From Alphaproteobacteria bacterium (GTDB lineage: Bacteria > Pseudomonadota > Alphaproteobacteria > UBA828), in contig CBDCCI010000002.1 in the NCBI GenBank assembly GCA_965214705.1, positions 2,304,001-2,368,000 on the forward strand: a DNA stretch of 64,000 bases, given 5' to 3'. Positions 9,448 to 18,000 of this stretch are shown here, piece by piece. The notes beneath the pieces are model-generated. The model had not been told where the DNA came from. It searched no databases and saw only the letters and a program-made list of their open reading frames with translations. The translations under genes and the position numbers were made by a program. Positions within the stretch are counted from its first letter, which is position 1. Every line of letters begins with the position of its first letter.

Positions 9448-9650
9448 GGCGCGCACGTCGGGATCAGGCGGGAACCGGCGAAGCCGGGACCGTGAGCGGA
9501 GATGGAGAGCATGGGGACCTCGCTGGCCGCTGCGTGGGACGTGCCCGGTCCCGGCATCGCTCGGCCTCTCGTCGGCGCAGGGACGGCGGGCGGCGCGCGA
9601 AGCGCGAGCCCCACCGTCTGGCCCGTGAGGGGCTCGGATCAGGCTGCACG

Positions 9651-9689
9651 AAAAAGCCCACCCCGCGCGGGAGGAACGCGGGGTGGGCT
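9651..9689 (-). terminator. rho-independent terminator after ssb
   Basis: 13-bp stem AGCCCACCCCGCG/CGCGGGGTGGGCT followed by a T-run on the minus strand. Confidence 0.7.
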
Positions 9690-9732
9690 CTGGGGCGAGC
9701 GGGCTGAGGACGCCCGCTGCGAGGACAGGCAA

Positions 9733-10182
9733 CTAGAACGGGACGCCGTCTGTCCCTGCCGTAGCGGCATCGCCGGTCGGCGCAGCCTCACCGTCGGGCG
9801 CCTGGGCACCGTTGCCGTTGGTGCCGGCAGGCTTGTCCAAGAACTGGACGCGCGAACCAGGCACCAGCAGGATCTCGGTCGAGAACCGGTCGCTGTCCTC
9901 GCCCTCCTTGCGCCACTTCCTGGTCTGCATCTTGCCCGCGACGTAGACCAGCCGGCCCTTCTTCGCGTGCTTCTCCAGCATGTCGATCAGCCCGCTCTGG
10001 AAGCTGACGACCCGGTGCCACTCCGTCTTGTCGATCCGCTCGCCGCCGCCGGCCTTGTCGATGTACGACTCGTCGGTCGCGATGCTCAGGTTGGCCACGC
10101 GCCCGCCGCTCTGCAGGTGGTTGATCGTGACATCGGCGCCCAAGCGGCCAATGACTTCCGCCCTGTTCAGTCCGAAGGCCAT
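9733..10182 (-). CDS. ssb: single-stranded DNA-binding protein
   Basis: LNRAEVIGRLGAD, KTEWHRVV, KKGRLVYVAGKMQTRKW, C-terminal DGVPF; RBS AAGGAG. Confidence 0.93.
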   Translation of the reverse strand: MAFGLNRAEVIGRLGADVTINHLQSGGRVANLSIATDESYIDKAGGGERIDKTEWHRVVSFQSGLIDMLEKHAKKGRLVYVAGKMQTRKWRKEGEDSDRFSTEILLVPGSRVQFLDKPAGTNGNGAQAPDGEAAPTGDAATAGTDGVPF

Positions 10183-10589
10183 GATCCGTCTCCTTCTGTC
10201 GATCCTGGTTGATGACGATGGGTGGACGAACGGCGAGGAGACCCTCTCGATCCCCTTCCCGCTCACCCCTCGAAAGCTCTTCTCAACCTCTCCTCTGCAT
10301 CCGCCCCGATGGCTGCCGGTTTGCTTCGGCCTTGCCGCCGGCACGGACGCGAACGGCGGTGCGGCCGACGCGATGTCGTGGGGAAGTTTGTGGAGACGCG
10401 GGTCCCGCTGCGGTCCGCATCGGCGGCAGGATGGATCCCGAGCATGCATCCACTTCCGGCGGAGCGGCGCGGGACGAGTGCGGAGCGGCGCGGGAGGCCG
10501 ATGGCCGGCGGGCACCCAACCCACACAGCAGCTATAGCAAGCGGACTAGACCGGTATCCCCGCCGAAACTCTGCACGCGCTCGAAGGGG

Positions 10590-10808
10590 TCACTCGAAGT
10601 CGGTGCGGCGAAGCCCGGACTGCCGGATTATCGACATCAGCGTGCCGGTGCGCAGCTCCCGGTGGTCGGGCACCGGGACGGTGGTGGTCCGCCCGTCGTG
10701 CACCCGCTGCATCACGATGTGGCTGCCGCGCCTTCTCACCTGGGCGAAGCCGCGGGATTCGAGGATGCGGCAGACCTCGCGTCCTGAAAGAACCCGTTGC
10801 CTAGCCAA
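10590..10808 (-). CDS. hicA: HicA-family toxin
   Basis: GFAQVRRRGSH, TVPVPDH, GTLMSIIRQ; 72 aa. Confidence 0.88.
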   Translation of the reverse strand: MARQRVLSGREVCRILESRGFAQVRRRGSHIVMQRVHDGRTTTVPVPDHRELRTGTLMSIIRQSGLRRTDFE

Positions 10809-11022
10809 CGGCCACCTCGACGTGGGTGATATAGAACTCGGTCCGGGTACGCCGCTCGACTTCCTCGGGAGACGCGGTTTCGAAGAACAGCGTCAGCGCT
10901 TCTTCGAGGTTGCTGCGCGCCTCGGTCACGCTGTCGCCCTGGCTGGCAACATCGATCTCGGGACAGAGCGCGACATACCCGTCGCCGTCGCGTTCGACGA
11001 TCGCCGTCAACCGCCTGTTCAT
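10801..11022 (-). CDS. hicB: short HicB-family antitoxin
   Basis: YVALCPEIDVASQGDSVTEARSNLEEAL; overlaps the hicA start. Confidence 0.88.
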   Translation of the reverse strand: MNRRLTAIVERDGDGYVALCPEIDVASQGDSVTEARSNLEEALTLFFETASPEEVERRTRTEFYITHVEVAVG

Positions 11023-11323
11023 ACCTGGCCTCCTTTTCCTCGCATGCAGACAGTCCGGGTCGACTGACTCTGGCATCGTCGCTGGCCGGCGACAATGAGG
11101 CCCGGCGTCGATCGGGCCTCAAGTGCGCTGGATCGGGACCGCCGGGCGGAGGAGCGTGGCGTGTTGGCGCGGCCGGAGTGGGCGGAATTCCACCGGCCGG
11201 CTTCAATGAAGCGGCGCGGCGCCCGGTGCGTCGAACGGCCGGCAATGGCTCCGGAACGGGAAAGTTCGCCGGGAGCCGGGCCGCAGGTGCGGCCGCTTCG
11301 GGACGCCTGTGCCCGCTCGGCGC

Positions 11324-12133
11324 TCATGCCGGCGGCAGCGCCATCAGCGGGACGTTGGAGAGGATCTCCACCTGGTCGGTGCGCAGGCGAGCGAAGGCGA
11401 TGCAGGCGGCGGCTTCGGATTCGGTCTCGAAGACGCCCAGCTCCTCGCCCGTCTCCAACTCGATCACGGCGATCTGCGGCGGCCACATCGACACGAGATG
11501 ACGCTCGGGCGCGCGAGAGTTGGACCGATATGCGCAGCGCAGGCAGCGGGCCGCGCCACCGGCAGGCGCCTTGCAATCTACACAGATGCCTTGGGCGCGG
11601 CGGGCGGCATATCGTTTCCTGCTGACGGCGCTCTCCCGCTCGGGGGAGACGCGTTCCTTCTCCAGCGCGAGGCACCGGCCGCAGCGCGACAGGCCGCCGA
11701 CCGTGGGCTGCCTGCAGCGCACGCAGCGACCGGCGGCCTTTCGCGCGGCATAGCGCCGGCGGTCGAGTGCGCGCCTGGCCTTGCGGCATGGTTCGCAGAC
11801 GGAGCGGCTCTCCTCCGGGCGGCGGAGGCCGCACGACGTGCAAAGTCCCGCCTCCTGGCGCGCCCTCCGCCGCCGCCTGTCGCCGGCGCGGTCGGCTCTG
11901 CGGCAGCGCTCCGGGTCGCGGCCGCGGTAGAGCCTGCCTTGAGACCTGGCCCTGTCACGGCGAACCTTCTCGGCGGCGCGGCGCTTCTCGGCGCAACCGC
12001 CGCACACCTTCAGGCCGGGTTCAGGCGGAACGCGGCCGCAGCGGGTACACAAGCCCCGTGCGATGCGGTCGGCATGGCGTTGGCGGAGGAAGCGATCGTG
12101 CGCCTCCTTCCTGGCGGCGTCCCGGTGGGGCAT
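11324..12133 (-). CDS. Arg-rich protein with four tandem CxxC...CxxC zinc-finger-like repeats
   Basis: GLCTRC..CGGC, GLCTSC..CEPC, GRCVRC..CGRC, GICVDC..CLRC. Confidence 0.75.
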   Translation of the reverse strand: MPHRDAARKEAHDRFLRQRHADRIARGLCTRCGRVPPEPGLKVCGGCAEKRRAAEKVRRDRARSQGRLYRGRDPERCRRADRAGDRRRRRARQEAGLCTSCGLRRPEESRSVCEPCRKARRALDRRRYAARKAAGRCVRCRQPTVGGLSRCGRCLALEKERVSPERESAVSRKRYAARRAQGICVDCKAPAGGAARCLRCAYRSNSRAPERHLVSMWPPQIAVIELETGEELGVFETESEAAACIAFARLRTDQVEILSNVPLMALPPA

Positions 12134-12148
12134 GACAGGGATGCCCGC

Positions 12149-12472
12149 TCAGCGCGCATAGCGCGTGGCCAGGAAACCGGCCGCCGCAGAACCCCAGTAC
12201 TGGATGCCCGAGGCCTTCAGGTTCAGCGCCGTGCACACGATGATCTCGTCGCGCTCGGGCCGCAGCTTCTTGACCGCAGCCACGCCTGCGACGATGCGCC
12301 TCCGCCTGCGACGGCCCGTCGCTCTCGGCTGCTCGGGCTCGACGGGATGGATCTGGCCGTCGGAGTCCGAGCGGTATTTCTCGATCACGTAGCGGTCCCC
12401 TTCCAGGCCCCGCCCGAATACGTGCACCAGGTAGGTCTGCGCGTCGCGATGGAACATCCGGCCGATCCGCAT
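12149..12472 (-). CDS. hypothetical protein
   Basis: GAGGGGG RBS before ATG 12472; ends 15 bp before the zinc-finger gene. Confidence 0.6.
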   Translation of the reverse strand: MRIGRMFHRDAQTYLVHVFGRGLEGDRYVIEKYRSDSDGQIHPVEPEQPRATGRRRRRRIVAGVAAVKKLRPERDEIIVCTALNLKASGIQYWGSAAAGFLATRYAR

Positions 12473-12678
12473 CGTCCGTTCCCCCTCGTTCGTGGTCGCC
12501 GTGGGGGCAACGCTCTTCGCAACGCCGCCCCCGCCGCCTGCGTCCCGGCCGGCCTCTGCCTCACGCCGGCGCGCGGACCCCATGGCGGCGAAGGGCGCGG
12601 GGCTATGAGTAGGAACGCCGCCTCTCTAGAGGCGGCGCCGTCGGAAGGATCGGAAATGCGCGACGCGTTAGCAGGTAC

Positions 12679-12772
12679 TCGGGTTGCAGGGATCGGCGCA
12701 ACACGGATTGCACGCAGCACACGGGTTGCAGGGATCCGCGGGGCACGGGTTGCATGCGGCGCACGGGTTGCA
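12679..12772. repeat. five direct repeats of (A/T)CGG(G/A)TTGCA with alternating 24/18-bp spacing
   Basis: Copies start at 12679, 12703, 12721, 12745, 12763. Confidence 0.85.
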
Positions 12773-12974
12773 CGGATCATGCGAGTCCGCGATGACGATC
12801 CGCCCGTCATCAGCGGATACTCGACCATCCGCCTGAGGCCCGACAGCGCGACCGGGACCGGACTGGAAACCCGACCCGAGATATAATTATTTTTCATCGG
12901 TCAAGATGCGATTGAGACCGGCCCCACAAGCCCCGTGCCGGATCCGGGGAGTTGGGCCGTAGGGGGAGCCCGCC

Positions 12975-13454
12975 ATGAGAAAGCCTCGGGGGTACAACCT
13001 GAGCACCGCGCACCTTGAGGCGCCGGGACCGTGGCGCGTTGGCGGTGAAGACGATGCGGGAATTCACGTGCTCGACGCGAATGGGGAGCGCGTGGCAACC
13101 ATCTGGAAAACGCCGGTGCGCTCGGTTTCGACGCTGGAGGCGATCCAGGCGCTCGTGGTCCGTATGGGTGACGAGGTGCGCGCTACGCGCCTGTGTGCGA
13201 ATCCCGAGTGCAGGCGCGCGTTTGACGCCCCCAGCCGCACGCAGAAGCACTGCTCGGCTGGGTGTGCCATGGCCACACAGCCACGTGTCATCAAGGCCCG
13301 CAAGCGCGATGAGCACGCGTATGAACTGCGGGTGCAGGGACTGACATGGAGAGAGGTCGCGGAGCGCTGTGGCTACTCCCATCCCGAACGGGCGCGAATC
13401 TGCGCACAGAAGCACGCGCGTCGTAACGGATTGACCATGCCGACACGGGGCTGA
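12975..13454 (+). CDS. hypothetical protein with CGNR-like Zn finger and C-terminal HTH
   Basis: CANPECRRAF...KHCSAGC and AYELRVQGLTWREVAERCGY; RBS GGGGGAG. Confidence 0.65.
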   Translation: MRKPRGYNLSTAHLEAPGPWRVGGEDDAGIHVLDANGERVATIWKTPVRSVSTLEAIQALVVRMGDEVRATRLCANPECRRAFDAPSRTQKHCSAGCAMATQPRVIKARKRDEHAYELRVQGLTWREVAERCGYSHPERARICAQKHARRNGLTMPTRG

Positions 13455-13479
13455 TTGTTGAATGGGGCGGCAATGGCCA

Positions 13480-13657
13480 ATTCGCGCGCGCATCTCCTCT
13501 GACGAGACCGACTTGCGGTGCACTGGCCGGAACCAACCCATCTGCCAGAGCCGGGCGATCCCCTCAGCATCCCGACGGTCGATCTTGATCGGCATCGCCT
13601 TCAGCGCGGCCTTCACCCGCCGGGTTTCCATCAGCACGGCCTCGAAGCCGGCGTCGG
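13480..13657 (-). pseudogene. IS110-family transposase remnant
   Basis: LMETRRVKAALKAMPIKIDRRDAEGIARL.QMGWFRPVH. Confidence 0.75.
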
Positions 13658-13724
13658 TCCTCCTCGTTCCATAACCTAAGGGTGGACCCATTCGATGGGG
13701 GAGGATCAGTCGGGTCCGGAGCCT

Positions 13725-14432
13725 TCAGAGGAGGCCGCGCTCGGCGAAGCTGACCACCTCCCCGTCGCCGACGACGAAGTGGTCGATGAGGCGCACGTCG
13801 ACGAGCGCGAGCGCCTCGGCGAGGCGCTTGGTGAGGACGCGGTCGGTGGCGCTGGGCTCCGCAACCCCCGAGGGGTGCCCATGAGCCACCACGAGCGCGG
13901 AGGCGTTGTGCCCGAGCGCGCGGCGCACCACCACGCGCGGATGCACGCTGGCGCCGTCCACCGTGCCCTGAAAGAGGGTCTCGCTGGCGATCGGCCGGTG
14001 CCGGCTGTCGAGGAAGACGGCGACGAAGACCTCGTTGCGGTAGCCCCGAAGCCGGGCCTCCAGGTAGCGCCGGGTATGGCTCGGCGAGGTGAGCGCGCCG
14101 TCGCGGCGAAGCCGCGCCTGCATCCAGCGCGCGTGCAGCTCGTGAAACGCATGCACCCGCGCGCGATCCTCGGCGGGGAGGAGGACGGTGCGGAGCGGAT
14201 CGTCGGGGTCGTCGAGGAGCTCCCTGAGCCCCCCGGCGGCGGCGAGCGCCGCGGCGTCGAGGCGCACACCGAGGAGGGCGAGGAGCTCGTGGTCTTCGAG
14301 GGCGGCGGGGCCGGCGCGCTCGATGCGCGCGAGCACGGGCTCGGGCGCCGGCTTGGGCCGGGCCTTGCGCCGTGCGGGCCGGGGCGTGCGGAACGCGGCC
14401 GGGACGGCGGTAGCGGTGGCGGTGTGCGGCAT
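13725..14432 (-). CDS. radC: RadC/JAB-domain protein
   Basis: GPAALEDHELLALL, EVF, GTVD.ASVHPR, HGHPSG, PSATD, LIDHFVVG, SFAERGLL. Confidence 0.92.
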   Translation of the reverse strand: MPHTATATAVPAAFRTPRPARRKARPKPAPEPVLARIERAGPAALEDHELLALLGVRLDAAALAAAGGLRELLDDPDDPLRTVLLPAEDRARVHAFHELHARWMQARLRRDGALTSPSHTRRYLEARLRGYRNEVFVAVFLDSRHRPIASETLFQGTVDGASVHPRVVVRRALGHNASALVVAHGHPSGVAEPSATDRVLTKRLAEALALVDVRLIDHFVVGDGEVVSFAERGLL

Positions 14433-14692
14433 GACGCCTCCATGGTCGGCAGCGGAGGGGGAGCGGCCCGGAAGCTCTCCACTACACTCCGGAGCCGCGC
14501 CCTCGGCCGCGCCCGGCTCCGCCTCGTTGTGAGGCGTCAGGCGGAATCGGGCTGCAATGCCCCGTGGACGTCAGGCCGGCGGCACGGGCCCCGGGTGGCG
14601 GGTCGCGGGCCGGCGAGACGTCTCCCGCGGGCCGGGTCGGTGGGAGGCGGCGAACGCCGGGCCGGCTGCGCAGCCCGGGGGACGGCGGGGCG

Positions 14693-14962
14693 TCAGTGCT
14701 CGGCGGGGTCGCCGGGCTCGCGCGTCTCCGCGCGCATGGATTGCGCGGCGAGCTCGGTCCACTGGTCCCGCGTCAGGCCGAGGCGCCGGTTCAGCTTGTC
14801 GCACAGGCGCTCGGCGTCCTCGACGGTGAGCGCCACCAGCGCCGTCGGGATGAATCCGCTCATCCCCTCGATGACGATGCGGATCTGCTGCACCTCGTCC
14901 TCGACGTCGTAGGCGGGCACGAAACAGTAGTTCGGGTCGTCCGGCAGGGTCTGGGCGGTCAT
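14693..14962 (-). CDS. hypothetical protein
   Basis: MTAQTLPDDPNYCFVP...; GGAGAG RBS; co-oriented with neighbours. Confidence 0.6.
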   Translation of the reverse strand: MTAQTLPDDPNYCFVPAYDVEDEVQQIRIVIEGMSGFIPTALVALTVEDAERLCDKLNRRLGLTRDQWTELAAQSMRAETREPGDPAEH

Positions 14963-15098
14963 GGCGGCTCTCCGTGTGTGCAGGAAGCGAACCCGCGGCC
15001 GGCGGGCCGGCGGCACGTGCCCCGCGCGCGGCGGCGCGGGGGATGGTAGCGGACGGGCCGGCCCCCCGGCGGGCGAACGGGAGGCCGGCGGTACGGAC

Positions 15099-18000
15099 TC
15101 ATGCGGCGAGCGGCCAGCGCTCGAGGATGCGGTCGAGGACCTGCGCCCCGGGGGCGAAGGCGCGAGCGCGCCAGGAGACGATCTCGACGGTGCAGCCCAT
15201 GCGCCGGAGCGTCGCGGTGTCGGTGTCGGCCGGTCCCTCGATCTCGATGCGGTCCGCGCCCATGATGCGCCGGCGCGCAAGGCGCCAGCCGTTGGCGAGC
15301 GCAAGCGCCGTGCCCCGGCCCATGACCGCCTCGAAGGCTTCCGCGCCGGTCATGGCGAAGGCGGTGTCGAGGCCGAAGCTCCCACGCACGGCGCGCACCT
15401 GCTCGGCGTCGAGCACGCGCCCGATGAGGGCGTCGCCGTCGTCGGTCGAGAGCCTTCGCACCCGCATGTTCTCCGCGGGCAGCCGGTCCCAGACCGGCAG
15501 GAGCAAGCCCGCCGCGAGCCAGAAGCGCGATTCCCGGTGCGTCGGAAGCTCGGAAACCTCGTGCTCCCAGAGCGCGCGCCAGGTCGCCTCGTCGGCGGGC
15601 CGCCAGTGCGAGGCGTCGAGCTCATGCCTCGCCATGGACTCGCGCGTGGCGGGGCGCACCAGGCGCACGCGCTCCTGCACCCCGCCGTCGTCGAGCATGT
15701 GCGACGTGGCGGACAGGACGACGGCGGCGCGCTTCGAGCGTGCGTTGACCACCAGCCTCGGCTTGCCGTCGGGGCCGGGCTCGTGCTCACTCAACGCGAG
15801 CGCCGTCTCGGCGGTGGTGGGCGCAAGGCGATCGCGGCGCAGGATCTCGACGAGCTCGGTGGCCGCCCCGGTGCCCGGATGCGTGTAGAGCGTCTCGCGG
15901 TCCGAGGCGATGAGCGAGTCGGCACGCACGGTCTCGACCCCGACCTCGAAGACGCCGGCCTCGACGGCCTGCTCGATGTTGGCCTCGATGCGGGTCTCGA
16001 GTGCTGCGAAGAGCGCGTTCTGCTCGTCGATGGGCAAGGCCAGCAGGCGGTTGAGGAACCGCGACATCGGCGGCAGCTCCTCCTTGAGGCTCCCCTCGTG
16101 GACGAGCTTGAGACCCGTCGCCTTCTGGAAGCGGTCGACCGACCAGTCCGGGATGTGCCCGAGCGAGAGCGCGATGTAGAACTGGCGCAGCGCCATCTTG
16201 GCGTACAGGCTCTCCAGGTTGTCGCTCGCGCGGAAGAGCGTGGCGTCGCCGCCGCCCATCGCGGTCTGGCTGTCGCGCTGGCCGCGGGTGATGGCGCCGA
16301 GGCTATCGAGCCGCCGCGCGATGGTCGCGATGAACCTGCGCTCGCCCTTCACGTTCGTCGTCACGGGGCGGAAGAGCGGCGCCGACGCCTGGTGCGTCCT
16401 GTGGGTGCGCCCCAAGCCCTGGATGGCCTGGTCCGCGCGCCATCCCGATTCGAGGAGATAGTGGACCCGGCGCTCGGTGTTGGCGCAAGCGAGGTCCGCG
16501 TGGTAGCTCCGGCCCGTCCCGCCCGCCATGCTGAAGATGAGGATGCGCTTGGTGCCGTCCATGAAGGCGGCGGTCTCGGCGAGGTTGGCCGAGGCGGGCC
16601 GGCCGCGGAGCGCGAGGCGCAACCCCCGCGCGTCGGTCACCTTGACCACCCGGCGCGAGCGACCGGTCACCTCCGCCACCGCGTCGTGGCCGAAGTGGTG
16701 GACGAGCTGGTCCAGCGCCGAGGGCACCGGCGGCAGCGCGGCCAGCTTCTCGATGAGGGCGTCGCGCCGCGCCACCGCCTCCTGGCAGAGCACGGGGTGG
16801 CCGTCGTCGTCGACCACCGGCCGCGACAGGACGTTGCCGTCCTCGTCGGTGAAGGGCTCCTGGAGCTGCACCGGGAAGGCGTGCGCCAGGAACTCGATGA
16901 CCGTCTCGCGGGGCGTCAGGTCGACGTGGAGGTCGTCGAGCTCCGACGCCGGTATCTCGACGATGCGCCGCTCCATCAGCGCCTCGCCGGTCGAGACGAG
17001 CTGCACGACGACGGAGCGCCCGGCGTCGAGGTCGGCCTCGATCGCGCGGATGAGCGAGGGGCACTTCATCGAGGTCAGCAGGTGCCCGAAGAAGCGCTGC
17101 TTCGCGCCCTCGAAGGCGGACATCGCGGCGGACTTCGCGTTCTTGTTCCGCGTGGCCTCCTCGTCGACGATGCCGGTGGCCTTGAGCGCGGCCTCGATGT
17201 TGTGGTGGATGACCTTGAAGGCGCCCGCGTAGGCGTCGTAGATGCGCCGCTGGGCGTCGGACAGCGGGTGCTCCAGAATGTCGACCTCGACCCCGTCGTA
17301 GGAGAGCGCGCGGGCCTGGTAGAGCCCGAGGGCCTTCAGGTCCCGCGCGACCACCTCCAATGCCGCGACCCCGCCCGCCTCCATCGCGGAGACGAAGTCG
17401 GTGCGGGTCTCGAACGGGGTCTCGCCGGCGGCCCAGAGACCGAGGCGCTCGGCGTAGGCGAGGCCGGGGACGGTGGTGGCGCCGGTCGCCGACACGTAGG
17501 CGATGCGCGCATCGGGGAGCGCGCGCTGGAGGCGAAGCCCGGCGCGGCCCTGCTGCGAGGGGGCGACCTCGCCGCGATTGCCCTTCGAGCCCGCCGCGTT
17601 CGCCATCGCGTGCGCCTCGTCGAAGACGATGACGCCGTCGAAGGCGTGGCGGTCGTCCTCGTCGAGCGAGCCCGCGAGCCAGCCGACGATCTGGTCGAGG
17701 CGCGAGGGCTTGCCCTGGCGGGCCGGCGAGCGCAGCGTCGCGTAGGTCGCGAAGAGGATCCCCTCGTCGAGCGGGATCTCGGCACCCTGGCGGAACTTCC
17801 CCAGGGCGATGACGTCCTCGTCGCGCCCGCCGAGCGCAGTCCAGTCGCGGCGCGCGTCCTCGACGAGCTTGTCCGACTGCGAGAGCCACAGGGCGCGCTT
17901 CCGGCCGCGGTGCCACTGGTCGAGCACGACGGCGGCGACCTGGCGGCCCTTGCCGCACCCGGTGCCGTCGCCGAGCGCCCAGCCGCGGCGGAACCGAACC

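Noticed and set aside
12679-12772. Possible CRISPR array
   Set aside because: Repeats are only 10 bp, spacers are 8-14 bp and self-similar, and there are no cas genes
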